Of a stretch of DNA of 64,000 nt, positions 49,639 through 59,471 are shown in pieces. The notes beneath the pieces are model-generated. The model did no database searches. It was not told the DNA's origin and was given only the letters and a program-made list of their open reading frames with translations. The stretch comes from Candidatus Hydrogenedentota bacterium. GTDB lineage: Bacteria; Hydrogenedentota; Hydrogenedentia; Hydrogenedentales; GCA-2746185. Made by a program: the position numbers and the translations under genes. Position 1 is the stretch's first letter. The number at the start of each line of letters is the position of its first letter. Location of the stretch: the NCBI GenBank assembly GCA_046583315.1, contig JAYGCN010000067.1:1093-65092 (forward strand), written 5' to 3'.

Positions 49639-50061
49639 TTAGTGGCGGAGTTCGGTGACGGTATCCATCAATTTCTGTTTTGTGATGGGTTTGACGATAT
49701 AGGCATCGTGTTTGTCCGTGAACCATTCTTTCACCTGATTTTCATCAGGGTATCCGGTGACGAGCACGACGCGCACGCGATTTTCCTCGACTACATGGGC
49801 ATGGTCTTCGTAGTTCCGAATCGCCTCGACCGTTTCCGGACCGTCCATTCGCGGCATTTCCAGATCGAGCAGAATGAGATCGTAGGGCTTCCCGCTTTCG
49901 AAGGCCTGCGCGTATTTGTCCACGGCCTCGTCCCCATCGCCACATTCGTCGGATTCGCCAATATATTGAGTGGCCAAACAGCGAACGGCATCCCGTATGA
50001 CCTGTTGATCGTCGACAACCAGCGTCTTCCAGTTTGGCATTTCGAACACGCTATCTACCAT
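49639..50061 (-). CDS. Single-domain response regulator (CheY-like receiver)
   Basis: LVVDD, LLDLEMPRMDG, LVTG, YIVKP; RBS GGGAGG. Confidence 0.9.
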   Translation of the reverse strand: MVDSVFEMPNWKTLVVDDQQVIRDAVRCLATQYIGESDECGDGDEAVDKYAQAFESGKPYDLILLDLEMPRMDGPETVEAIRNYEDHAHVVEENRVRVVLVTGYPDENQVKEWFTDKHDAYIVKPITKQKLMDTVTELRH

Positions 50062-50371
50062 AAAACTATCCTCCCATGTGCCTGGTAAATCGACACGTTA
50101 CGCATTGTCCACTCGTTGCGCACTACCCAATGCCAGAATAGCATTTTTTCGACATTTTGGGAGATTAAAAACGTTCCTGAGGGATCGTTTCGTGCTTCTG
50201 TTGGCCTGCAAAGTGTGAAAACCGAACAGAGACGTGTTTAGCGCGGTGTTTTCGGAAATTTTCATTTGCGCCAACCATAGGGTAAAATGAGGAATGTATA
50301 GACTGAATCATTGATTTCGTGGTCACGGTGCCAGGGGCCAATCTAGGCAGACGTGTGACAAGGAGGGGATA

Positions 50372-50611
50372 ATGAAACTTTGGACCTGGACCGTGATGTG
50401 TTTCGCGCTCGTCCTGACGTGGGATATTTCGGCTTATGCCTATTTAGATGGTGCGTCGGGCTCGGTGATCGTGCAGATACTCATCGGTGGCATCGCCGGA
50501 ATGGGCATTTTGATCAAAATGTTCGGGCAATCCGTTATGGCGAAACTTGGACTTCGCAAGCCGGCCGATGCCGAAGAAGATGTCGCTGAACCTGAACAAC
50601 CCGAAACCTGA
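50372..50611 (+). CDS. Small exported/membrane protein (AYLDxxSGSxxxQ type)
   Basis: RBS AAGGAGG, signal-like N-terminus, AYAYLDGASGSVIVQILIGG TM, acidic tail. Confidence 0.75.
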   Translation: MKLWTWTVMCFALVLTWDISAYAYLDGASGSVIVQILIGGIAGMGILIKMFGQSVMAKLGLRKPADAEEDVAEPEQPET

Positions 50612-50646
50612 GTGAAGCACAGCCGATTGCCGGGGGATGCGACCGC

Positions 50647-52062
50647 GTGAACGACTCAACTTTTCAACCCGAACCCGGTTCGTTTCGGGATCGTCTTGGC
50701 CGCGTGTATGTTCGCGAGGATGCCATATACCGTGGCTTGAGCGAGGTCGCTTGGGCCGAGTGGGAACTGCTGGCCAAAACTAAATTCTTTAAGGCGGCCC
50801 TTGAATCAGGTGCGGTAATCCCCACCGAAGAGACGGATGCGATAGACGTCGACACCTCGGATTTACCTGCACCGTGGTCGGGTTATCTTAGACATGAACG
50901 CCTGAGTTTTGTAACCTACGCCTACGAGTGGCCTTTCGACATGCTCAAGGATGCGGCGTTACAGCAACTCGATCTGATGGAACGTGCACTCGCCGAGGAC
51001 ATGGTACTCAAAGATGCCACGCCGTACAACACCGTTTTCCGCGGCGTGCAACCAGTATTCATCGACATCCCCTCTTTCGAAAAACTTAAAGTTGGCGACC
51101 CCTGGATTGGGTATCGCCAATTCTGCGAGATGTTTCTGTATCCGCTGATGTTGCAGGCCTACAAGGACATTCCCTATCGATTTTGGTTGCGTGGACGTGT
51201 GGACGGTATTGACCCGGCGGACTGCAACGCGATGATGTCGCTGCGTGATCTCTTTCGACCGGGCGTGCTGACGAACGTCTACCTCCAGTCGAAGCTCGTC
51301 TCGGCCTTTAGCGACTCGAGTCGATCCATCAAAAAAGAAGTGGCGGACGCGGGATTCTCGAAAGAGCTCATCAAGGTCAACGTCAAGAAGATGAAGAAAC
51401 TCGTGTCGGGACTGACGTGGAACAAGGGCAAGACGGAATGGTCGGATTATGCGCAGACCCACAGCTATGACGACGAGAATTTCGAGAAGAAAATCGATTT
51501 TGTTCGACGCGCTTCCGTCGCCAAACCGCGAAAACTCTCGTGGGATATCGGCTGCAATACGGGTACCTTCTCCAAAATTCTGGCGGAACATGCCGAGACG
51601 GTGGTCGCGATGGATATTGACCCGCTCGCGGTGCAGAAATTGTACAACGAGCTCCGCCACGGCAGCGAGGCACCGAAAAATATCATTCCCATCATCAACA
51701 ACATCGCGGACGCGTCGCCGGGCGTGGGGTGGCGCGGTCTGGAGCGCAAACGACTCGAGGAGCGCGGTCGACCTGACCTGACTATCTGTCTCGCGCTAAT
51801 TCATCATGTCGTCATCAGCGCGCACATCCCGCTGTATCAATTTGTGGCGTGGCTGGCCAGCCTGGGTACGGATCTCGTGATCGAAATGGTCACGAAGGAC
51901 GATGCGATGGTCAAAAAGTTGCTGCTGAATAAAGACGACATCTACAACGACTACGAAGTGGGGTTTCTGGAAGACTGCCTGGCCACGCATTTTGTAGTCG
52001 AGGAGCGGATGCCGTATCACAACGATACGCGAATTCTGTATTACGCGACTCAGAAGAAGTAG
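50647..52062 (+). CDS. Class I SAM-dependent methyltransferase with an N-terminal kinase-like region (NoeA-like)
   Basis: GSFRD, YAYEW, LKDATPYN, FIDIPS, WDIGCNTG, CLALIHH. Confidence 0.8.
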   Translation: MNDSTFQPEPGSFRDRLGRVYVREDAIYRGLSEVAWAEWELLAKTKFFKAALESGAVIPTEETDAIDVDTSDLPAPWSGYLRHERLSFVTYAYEWPFDMLKDAALQQLDLMERALAEDMVLKDATPYNTVFRGVQPVFIDIPSFEKLKVGDPWIGYRQFCEMFLYPLMLQAYKDIPYRFWLRGRVDGIDPADCNAMMSLRDLFRPGVLTNVYLQSKLVSAFSDSSRSIKKEVADAGFSKELIKVNVKKMKKLVSGLTWNKGKTEWSDYAQTHSYDDENFEKKIDFVRRASVAKPRKLSWDIGCNTGTFSKILAEHAETVVAMDIDPLAVQKLYNELRHGSEAPKNIIPIINNIADASPGVGWRGLERKRLEERGRPDLTICLALIHHVVISAHIPLYQFVAWLASLGTDLVIEMVTKDDAMVKKLLLNKDDIYNDYEVGFLEDCLATHFVVEERMPYHNDTRILYYATQKK

Positions 52063-52065
52063 GTA

Positions 52066-52458
52066 CTACTTTTCCTTTTTTTCGTCAGGCTCCACCATGT
52101 CACCAAGTCCCGCAAAAGGATTATGTCCCAACGAACCTTCGTCATGCGCCTCGCGCGTCTTGCCCCCATGAAACCCGCCTTCGCCATCCTGATGCTCGTC
52201 ATCGTGGCAATACAGGCACAACAGTTCCCAGTTGCTTCCGTCGGGAGGATTGTTGTTGTGATCGTGATCTTTATGATGCACGGTTAATTCGCGCAGGGTG
52301 GGCCCGGCGAACTCCCGCCCGCAACGCCCGCACACATGCGGGAACATCGCCATCGCCCGCTCACGGTATCCCTGGCCGCGTTCCGCCTGATACTTTCGCG
52401 CGTTGGCGAGTATTTTCGCCTGTCGTTCTGGGTCTGGTTTTTTTCGAGCTGGGGCCAC
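52066..52458 (-). CDS. yajD: YajD-family HNH nuclease
   Basis: YRERA...PHVCGRCGREF...LRELTVHHKDHDHNNNPPDGSNWELLCLYCHDDEH; start GTG 52458 or TTG 52485. Confidence 0.9.
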   Translation of the reverse strand: MAPARKKPDPERQAKILANARKYQAERGQGYRERAMAMFPHVCGRCGREFAGPTLRELTVHHKDHDHNNNPPDGSNWELLCLYCHDDEHQDGEGGFHGGKTREAHDEGSLGHNPFAGLGDMVEPDEKKEK

Positions 52459-52500
52459 GATTTTATCCTGTGTCGCTTGATACAATTACAGCTATGCGCA

Positions 52501-53259
52501 TCAACTCTCCGGAATTTCTCCACCGACATTTTTGTCCAGAAACACGGTGACCAAATCCGGGTCGAAGTGTTTACCACGCTCGTTTTCGAGATGGCCAAGC
52601 GCGTCTTCTTTTGATGAATGACCAGAGCGGTAGGCACGTGGACTGGTCATGGCGCAGTATACATCAATTATTTTTACGATACGGGCAAGGTACGGGATGT
52701 CGTCCCCTTCGAGTTTGTTCGGATAACCGTCGCCGTCGTAACATTCGTGGTGGCATCGAACGATGTCTTCGATGGGAGAGAGTCCGTGCATCCCGCGAAT
52801 CAGATCGGCCTCGATATTCGTGTGATCTTGTATGTGTTTCCACTCGTCGTAGCTGAGCAGGCCATCCTTGAGCAAGATATCATTGGGTATTTTGAGTTTG
52901 CCGATATCGCGCAACAATGCGCCTCGTTCGAGCACGGTTCGCTGCTCATCGTCCAGATTCAGCGCCCGGGCAAATCGGGTCGCATGCTGCACGACGCGTT
53001 GCGCACTGGTGGGTTCGAAGGATTCGCGACACCCAATCGCTTCGGCTAGTAAATACAGAATGGATTCAGATTGCTCGGCGAGCTGTACGGCCATGGGCAG
53101 GGCATCTTTGACCGATGTGTGGTGTAGCAGACCGTCCGTCAGGTCCGGCAGCAACTCGTCTTCCACGGGAACCAGTTGAATGCCGGAGCTTTTCACCCCT
53201 TTATCCAGTATCTTTTGTGCCTTTTCGTCCTCACCCAGAATTGAAATGCGTTTAAGCAT
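52501..53259 (-). CDS. HD-GYP domain protein with a degenerate HD motif
   Basis: GALLRDIGK (HD->RD), HHECYDGDGYP, RAYR, GKHFDP; start ATG 53259 behind GGGAGG. Confidence 0.88.
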   Translation of the reverse strand: MLKRISILGEDEKAQKILDKGVKSSGIQLVPVEDELLPDLTDGLLHHTSVKDALPMAVQLAEQSESILYLLAEAIGCRESFEPTSAQRVVQHATRFARALNLDDEQRTVLERGALLRDIGKLKIPNDILLKDGLLSYDEWKHIQDHTNIEADLIRGMHGLSPIEDIVRCHHECYDGDGYPNKLEGDDIPYLARIVKIIDVYCAMTSPRAYRSGHSSKEDALGHLENERGKHFDPDLVTVFLDKNVGGEIPES

Positions 53260-53383
53260 TCTTCCCCTCCCAACCAGAAATCGATACGACAGATTCATAC
53301 TACCACCAATTTTGCCAACTCTCCAGCGACACCGTGTTCGCCGTGTTATACTCCTTCTATGTTCGGTGGGGGGATTTGGCTCC

Positions 53384-54820
53384 ATGGCTACTGCAAAACT
53401 ATCCCAAGAAGCGCACGACCGTCGGCGCGATGTTCGCCGTCTTGCCGACGAACCCGTGTACCTATCAGAGGCATCCGGGTGGAGCGACTTATCGATTGGT
53501 ATGTTGCTTGATGCGAGCGAGACCGGAGTGGCCGTATACACCCAAACACCTTTCGCGGTTGGAACGCCGATCGAACTTGAGGTATTTAGCGGTTCTCCCG
53601 TCTCATTGGGCCGCAGCAATGTGATCCACGGGTGTATTCAAAATCTTCGCAACCATCATCGAGGCGGCTATCGTGTGGGACTGACGGTTCAACGCCCGCG
53701 ACCACCCAAGCCCACGCCGACTGTTTCGCGGTCGTCGCAGAGATCGAGTGAATTGGCACGCCCGAATCTAAAACTATATCCGTCAGAAAAGAAAATAGTC
53801 GACGGAGACAGGCGAAAACCCACCGCGAATCGTATTGAGACCGAAGATTCGTTGAAGATGGCGCGCGCGACGCTTCTTGCGATTGCGACACTGGTTTGCC
53901 TTGGAATTTTCACGCTGAATCAAGAGGATACGCGCGTGTATCGCACGGCGAGCGGTGCAGGCGCTGGGCATTACACGCGATCGCCTTCTGATTATGCAGA
54001 ATCATCGATTCCAATTGCTGAGAGCGCGGCATCGCCGACCGGAAATACTCCCGCAGACGCGCAGCCACTTGTGAAGCGCGCCGAGCTGCTTTTACTCAAG
54101 CCAACACGGATCCAGAACGGCGCTCTTCGCAAGGACGACATTCAATCTTCGGATGAGGGCCTGAAATCCGCCGACGACAAACCGATAGACGATTCGGAGT
54201 TACCGATTTCGCCTGGCTATTCCCGGGATGTGACGGCCTTGCATTCGGAACCCGGCCAAATATCGCCATCGGGCGCTTTCCCGACGCGTCCAAGGGATTT
54301 TCGGAGCGTGTCGCACGCGGTACAACTGCAAGAACTCGACTTCACCGCGTCACCATCCATGATGCAGAATTGGATTCCGCTCAGTGCAACGCTTGCGTCC
54401 AGGTTCATCGACGCACCAGTGGTTCTCTACGTGGACACGACCAATTTTGTGATGCACGTGGTGCGCAATGGTGATAAAGTCTGGCAGTTTCCTGTCGGGC
54501 TGGGTTATGCGGACTCTACGCCCCACGGCGTTTTTTCACTGGGCACGAAGCTGATCGATCCCACCTGGTACAACAATGGGAATCCCGTGCCAGCAGGTTC
54601 GGATGCCAATCCACTGGGTGACCGCTGGATGGGATTGAGCGATAATGACATTCCCACGCCGATCGGTATTCATCCCACCAGCGTTGCTTCGTCGGTGGGC
54701 CAACCCGCCAGTCGGGGCTGCATTCGTATGCGTCCGGCTGATGCCCATCGCCTGTATGCCATGGTTCCCGCCGACACGCCCGTGATCATCGGAGCAGGTG
54801 CCGTGGCACCAAAGTTGTAG
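53384..54820 (+). CDS. PilZ - TM - L,D-transpeptidase (YkuD) fusion
   Basis: RRRDVRR and DASETG PilZ motifs; TM ATLLAIATLVCLGIF; FPVGLG..STP.G, NPLGDRWMGL, IGIHPT...SRGCIRM. Confidence 0.85.
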   Translation: MATAKLSQEAHDRRRDVRRLADEPVYLSEASGWSDLSIGMLLDASETGVAVYTQTPFAVGTPIELEVFSGSPVSLGRSNVIHGCIQNLRNHHRGGYRVGLTVQRPRPPKPTPTVSRSSQRSSELARPNLKLYPSEKKIVDGDRRKPTANRIETEDSLKMARATLLAIATLVCLGIFTLNQEDTRVYRTASGAGAGHYTRSPSDYAESSIPIAESAASPTGNTPADAQPLVKRAELLLLKPTRIQNGALRKDDIQSSDEGLKSADDKPIDDSELPISPGYSRDVTALHSEPGQISPSGAFPTRPRDFRSVSHAVQLQELDFTASPSMMQNWIPLSATLASRFIDAPVVLYVDTTNFVMHVVRNGDKVWQFPVGLGYADSTPHGVFSLGTKLIDPTWYNNGNPVPAGSDANPLGDRWMGLSDNDIPTPIGIHPTSVASSVGQPASRGCIRMRPADAHRLYAMVPADTPVIIGAGAVAPKL

Positions 54821-54849
54821 GCGGCGGGTCGAATCAGTAGCATACTCTC

Positions 54850-56469
54850 ATGGGAAAATTCATTCACGACATAAAGGAATCCTTTCGGCGGGGGCGTCAG
54901 TTCGTCATGCGCGATGTGTGGCGCATCGGCAGACCCGGGGAAGAATTGCCGTCGGGCTTGTTCATCAAACAGATCCGCGTCGTATTCCTGCTCTTGTCGA
55001 AACTGGTGGACGGAAACATGATGCTGCGGGCGTCCGCGTTGACCTTTGCGACATTGTTGTCTGTCGTTCCCCTGCTGGCGGTCACCTTCTACATCATTCA
55101 GACCTTCAATCTTGGCGAAAGCCTTTACACAAACATGCAGGACAAGCTGGAAGATTTTATTGTCGTCTCGGCGGAGAAAGTGCCGGGCTTAAGTTCGGAA
55201 CCAACACCAATCGACGAGGTGCCTGTCGAGCTTGTTCCGGAAAAAGTCCCGCCAGTCGAAGAGCCGGTGCCTGACATTGAGGTACAGGATGACCCCGATA
55301 CGCCGGAGGATGAATCTGCGGTCGAGCCGGAGGACAAGGATCAGCAGCTTCAGCAACAATTTGTTCAATCCATATTCCAGGGTGTTGGCAGTCAGAATGA
55401 GGACATGGAAGACCCGGTCGTGTGGCTGGTCGATCTGGCAAATGACATGGCGGCACTGGCCGATGAAGCCGCCAAAAATACCGCCGCCTTCGGGTTGTCC
55501 ACCCTCCTCCTGGTATTCACGACGGTGTTCGGATTGATGCGGAACATCGAAAAATCGTTCAACAGTATCTGGGGCGTACGACGAACCCGATCCTGGTATC
55601 GCATGATTAGCGATTATGTGATGATCACCTTGCTAATTCCCTTCGTAATGGCTGGTGTATTGGGCGTGACCGGCGCATTATCGAGCGAACGCATCGTGGA
55701 GGCGCTGGGACCGCTTTCCTACGGCCTCCAATTCGTACAATATTTCCTGATTGTACTCGTGTTTTCGTCTCTGTATTACGTCGTGCCCAATACCCGCGTG
55801 CGATACGGCTACGCACTATTCGGCGGCGTCATCGCAGGCGCACTTTGGATATTGCTGTCGTGGACCTACATCAACTTCCAGATCGGACTTGCCCGTTATC
55901 AAGCGGTTCTTTCCGTGTTCGCGCAATTTCCGATGCTGCTCATGTGGGTTTATTCCAGTTGGGCAATCGTTCTTTTCGGATCGGAAATCACCTACGCGTA
56001 CCAGAACGAAAAAACATTTACGATGGAACGATTCGCGGATAACGCGAGTTTTGCGTATCGCGCCGCGCTTGGACTTCGTGCGATGATTGAACTGGGACGC
56101 CGATTTCAGGAGAGCGCGCCGAGTCTGCAACCCGAAGCAGCCGCGCTTGAGTGGAATGTGCCTAGTCGTCTGGTCCGGGAGACGCTGGAACGATTAGAGG
56201 AATCGGGATTCATCGCCGAATGCGCAACCGATCCGGTGAGTTATCAGCCAGCCCGGCCTCTGGACAAAATCACCGCGGGCGATATTCTTCAATCGCTGCA
56301 TGAACGGGGCGAGGATCCTTCGCTGTTTCTGCAGGATGAAGCCTTCAAGCCCTTGTACGACGAATTTTTGCGGCCGACTGATGGTGTACACCGAACGACC
56401 ATCGCCGAATTGATCAAACGGGTCGCCGAACAAAAAGAATCCTCAGTCGACGAGGAAACCCATGCCTGA
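54850..56469 (+). CDS. YihY/virulence factor BrkB-family membrane protein with a C-terminal wHTH
   Basis: ASALTFATLLSVVP, IEKSFNSIW, YYVVPN, WAIVLFGSEI, Rrf2-like YQPARPLDKIT tail. Confidence 0.88.
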   Translation: MGKFIHDIKESFRRGRQFVMRDVWRIGRPGEELPSGLFIKQIRVVFLLLSKLVDGNMMLRASALTFATLLSVVPLLAVTFYIIQTFNLGESLYTNMQDKLEDFIVVSAEKVPGLSSEPTPIDEVPVELVPEKVPPVEEPVPDIEVQDDPDTPEDESAVEPEDKDQQLQQQFVQSIFQGVGSQNEDMEDPVVWLVDLANDMAALADEAAKNTAAFGLSTLLLVFTTVFGLMRNIEKSFNSIWGVRRTRSWYRMISDYVMITLLIPFVMAGVLGVTGALSSERIVEALGPLSYGLQFVQYFLIVLVFSSLYYVVPNTRVRYGYALFGGVIAGALWILLSWTYINFQIGLARYQAVLSVFAQFPMLLMWVYSSWAIVLFGSEITYAYQNEKTFTMERFADNASFAYRAALGLRAMIELGRRFQESAPSLQPEAAALEWNVPSRLVRETLERLEESGFIAECATDPVSYQPARPLDKITAGDILQSLHERGEDPSLFLQDEAFKPLYDEFLRPTDGVHRTTIAELIKRVAEQKESSVDEETHA

Positions 56470-58636
56470 CGAAGGGCAGTCAGGAAGTCAGGATGTGTTC
56501 CCCGGATCGAGTCAGGCAGAGGCCGAGGGCATTGTCGAGCGCATCGTGTATGAAAATCCGGATAACGGATTCATGGTGGCCCGGCTGCGCATCGATGGGC
56601 AGCACGATCTGGTCACCTTTGTCGGCTCGCTGATGGCCGTGTCTCCGGGTGAGACCATTCAGATTATCGGCGAGTGGATTGATGACAAGAAATTCGGAAA
56701 ACAGATTCGTGTCACGAACTACAAGACCGTGCTGCCGAACTCCCTGATCGGTATCGAGAAATACCTGGGTTCGGGCCTGATCCACGGCATCGGTCCGGCG
56801 TATGCGGAACGCCTCATCAAAGCCTTCGGCATCGAAACACTCAAGGTCATCGATGAGCAACCCGAACGGCTGCGCACGGTGGAGGGTATTGGCCCCAAAC
56901 GAGCTTCGCAAATCCGGGAAGCGTGGTCGGATCAGAAAAATATTCAATCGATCATGGTCTTCTTGCAGGGCCACGGCATCGGCACGAATCAGGCCGTGAA
57001 AATTTACAAAAAATATGGGGACGGTGCCGTGACGGTGCTGCGTGACAATCCCTATCGCCTGATCGATGACATTTCAGGAATCGGGTTCGCCGGAGCCGAC
57101 AAGGTTGCTACGAATCTGGGCCTCGCGACAAACTCCCCCACGCGCATCGCGGCAGGCATCAATTTTTGTCTCAGGCAGATGGTCAGCGAGGGCCACACTT
57201 TCGGGTATCGGGCCGAATTGGTGTCGGATGCGGAAAAACTGTTGAGTGTTTCCGAGGAATTGGTGCTCCAACGACTCGACGCGATGGTGCATGACCGCGA
57301 ACTCCAATCTGAGGAGGACCGAATTTTTCTGCACGACTTGTACGACGAAGAATCGGATTGCGCCCACCATTTGAAGCGCATCTTTGAGGGCCCCAAGGAA
57401 ACAGTAACCGATAGGGTAGATATAGCACTGAAATGGGTGGAGAAAAAGCAGAATATCGCGTTGTCGGACGAACAAAAAGAGGCGCTGCGCACCGCTGTGG
57501 ACGCGCCGGTTATGGTGATTACGGGCGGACCGGGCACGGGAAAGACGACACTCATCAATAGCATCCTCGCGGTGTATCAACGGAAGAATTTTTCACTACT
57601 CTTGGCAGCACCCACGGGTCGCGCCGCAAAACGCATGGAAGTCACGACTGGCCACGAAGCGAAAACCATCCATCGTCTCCTGGAATTCAACCCCAAGATA
57701 CACGATTTCAACCGAAATCAGTTCAACCCACTCGATGCCGACGTAATCGTCATCGATGAAATGTCGATGGTGGATATCCATCTGATGGCGAGTGTGCTCA
57801 AGGCCATTCCGGATGAGGCGCGGCTCTTGCTCGTGGGCGATGTCGACCAGTTGCCCTCCGTTGGACCCGGCAATGTGCTTATGGACATCATCGCGTCGAC
57901 GGTGGTTCCGACCGTGCGTCTGAAAACTGTGTTCCGTCAAGCAGCAGAGAGCGGAATTATTTCGAACGCGCATCGCATCAATACCGGCGACATGCCTGAA
58001 TGGAACACGACCGATTTCTTTTTCGTGGAACGCAACGAGCCGGAGGCGGTTCGTGATACGGTGATCGAACTCGTGGCAAATCGCATTCCCAAAAAATTCC
58101 GCTTTGACCCGTGGAAAGATATCCAGGTGCTATCTCCGATGCATCGCGGTGAGGCGGGTGTTGCGAATCTGAATACCTATTTGCAGGAGGCACTCAATCC
58201 GGATGGACACCCGATCCCGCGCAAGGGCTTCCGCGTCGGCGACAAGGTTATTCAAACCCGTAACAACTACGAACTCGACGTGTACAACGGCGATGTCGGT
58301 CGAATTACCGTTGTGTCTGAGGAAGTAAAGGAACTTCACGTGGAGTTCGAGGACCGAACGGCACTATACACCTTTGACGACATGGACGATCTCAACCTGG
58401 CCTACGCGATCACGGTGCACAAATCACAGGGGAGCGAGTATCCCGCGCTGGTTATACCCCTGGCGAGTCAGCACTATCTGATGCTACAGCGGAACATCTT
58501 CTACACGGCCATCACGCGAGGAAAATCGCTGGTCGTGATTGTGGGCGACACCAAAGCACTTCGCCGGGCACTGAGCAATACCGATGTAAGCCGCCGCAAT
58601 ACGCGATTGGCCGAGCGGTTGCGGGGCACGACCTAA
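56462..58636 (+). CDS. recD2: ATP-dependent RecD2-like SF1B DNA helicase
   Basis: KYLGSGLIHGIG (HhH), ITGGPGTGKTT, APTGRAAKR, DEMSM, GDVDQLPSVGPG, YAITVHKSQGSE, YTAITR. Confidence 0.95.
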   Translation: MPDEGQSGSQDVFPGSSQAEAEGIVERIVYENPDNGFMVARLRIDGQHDLVTFVGSLMAVSPGETIQIIGEWIDDKKFGKQIRVTNYKTVLPNSLIGIEKYLGSGLIHGIGPAYAERLIKAFGIETLKVIDEQPERLRTVEGIGPKRASQIREAWSDQKNIQSIMVFLQGHGIGTNQAVKIYKKYGDGAVTVLRDNPYRLIDDISGIGFAGADKVATNLGLATNSPTRIAAGINFCLRQMVSEGHTFGYRAELVSDAEKLLSVSEELVLQRLDAMVHDRELQSEEDRIFLHDLYDEESDCAHHLKRIFEGPKETVTDRVDIALKWVEKKQNIALSDEQKEALRTAVDAPVMVITGGPGTGKTTLINSILAVYQRKNFSLLLAAPTGRAAKRMEVTTGHEAKTIHRLLEFNPKIHDFNRNQFNPLDADVIVIDEMSMVDIHLMASVLKAIPDEARLLLVGDVDQLPSVGPGNVLMDIIASTVVPTVRLKTVFRQAAESGIISNAHRINTGDMPEWNTTDFFFVERNEPEAVRDTVIELVANRIPKKFRFDPWKDIQVLSPMHRGEAGVANLNTYLQEALNPDGHPIPRKGFRVGDKVIQTRNNYELDVYNGDVGRITVVSEEVKELHVEFEDRTALYTFDDMDDLNLAYAITVHKSQGSEYPALVIPLASQHYLMLQRNIFYTAITRGKSLVVIVGDTKALRRALSNTDVSRRNTRLAERLRGTT

Positions 58637-58693
58637 ATTGGTAGAGTGGAACGCACGAACGAGGATTCATAATTACAACACGGGAGAAACACT

Positions 58694-59464
58694 GTGGCAT
58701 TTGCACCATTTGATTTATCAGGAAAAGTTGCGCTGATCACCGGCGGAAACTCGGGGATCGGTCTGGGATTTGCCGAGGGCCTCGCGCAATCGGGTGCCGA
58801 CGTGTGCATCTGGGGCACGAACGAAACGAAGAATGCGAACGCCGTCGAACAGTTGTCAACACACGGAACCAAAGTTGGTGCGTTTCAGTGCGATGTCGGC
58901 GACAAAGATCAGGTTGTCAAAAATTTCGCCGCCACCGTTGAGCAGTTCGGCAAGGTCGACTCGTGTTTCGCGAACGCGGGCATCAGCGGCAAGGGCACAT
59001 CCTTCGCCAAAATGACCCCGGAAGAATGGCACGACGTGTTTCGCGTAAACATGGACGGTGTATTCTACGTGTTCCAGGAAGCCATCAATCACATGGTCGA
59101 CCGCGGTGAAGGCGGCTCGCTTGTGGTGACGAGTAGCGCGTCTGCAATTTTTGGTGCACCGCGTAACGAGCACTACAGTTCCATTAAAGCCGGGGTGAAC
59201 TCGATGATTCGGGGGATAGCCGTAGAATACGCCCGCCACGGCATCCGCGCGAATTCGATTATCCCGGGCTGGATCGAAACGCCGATGACGGAGAAACATG
59301 TCCATAACGAAGTGTTCCAGAAAAAAGTAATCACGCGTGTGCCGTTGCGTCGGTGGGGTCAACCGGAAGACTTCAGCGGTCTGGCCGTGTATCTGGCCTC
59401 GAACGCGAGTTCGTATCACACGGGCGACTCGATTCTGATCGATGGCGGGTTTTGCGCGTTCTAG
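58694..59464 (+). CDS. Short-chain dehydrogenase/reductase
   Basis: TGGNSGIG, ANAG, YSSIK (YxxxK), PGWIET, IDGG. Confidence 0.95.
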   Translation: MAFAPFDLSGKVALITGGNSGIGLGFAEGLAQSGADVCIWGTNETKNANAVEQLSTHGTKVGAFQCDVGDKDQVVKNFAATVEQFGKVDSCFANAGISGKGTSFAKMTPEEWHDVFRVNMDGVFYVFQEAINHMVDRGEGGSLVVTSSASAIFGAPRNEHYSSIKAGVNSMIRGIAVEYARHGIRANSIIPGWIETPMTEKHVHNEVFQKKVITRVPLRRWGQPEDFSGLAVYLASNASSYHTGDSILIDGGFCAF

Positions 59465-59471
59465 GAATCAC

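Noticed and set aside
50118-50136. Sigma54-like box upstream of the receiver gene (TGGCATTGGGTAGTGC, minus strand)
   Set aside because: GG-to-GC spacing is one base too long, and sigma54 spacing is strict.
53260-53619. Long apparent antisense overlap between the HD-GYP and PilZ-LDT ORFs
   Set aside because: It disappears when the RBS-supported starts 53259 and 53384 are used.
52066-58636. YajD HNH nuclease and RecD2 as a helicase-nuclease defence system
   Set aside because: They are 4 kb apart on opposite strands, and both are widespread stand-alone chromosomal genes.
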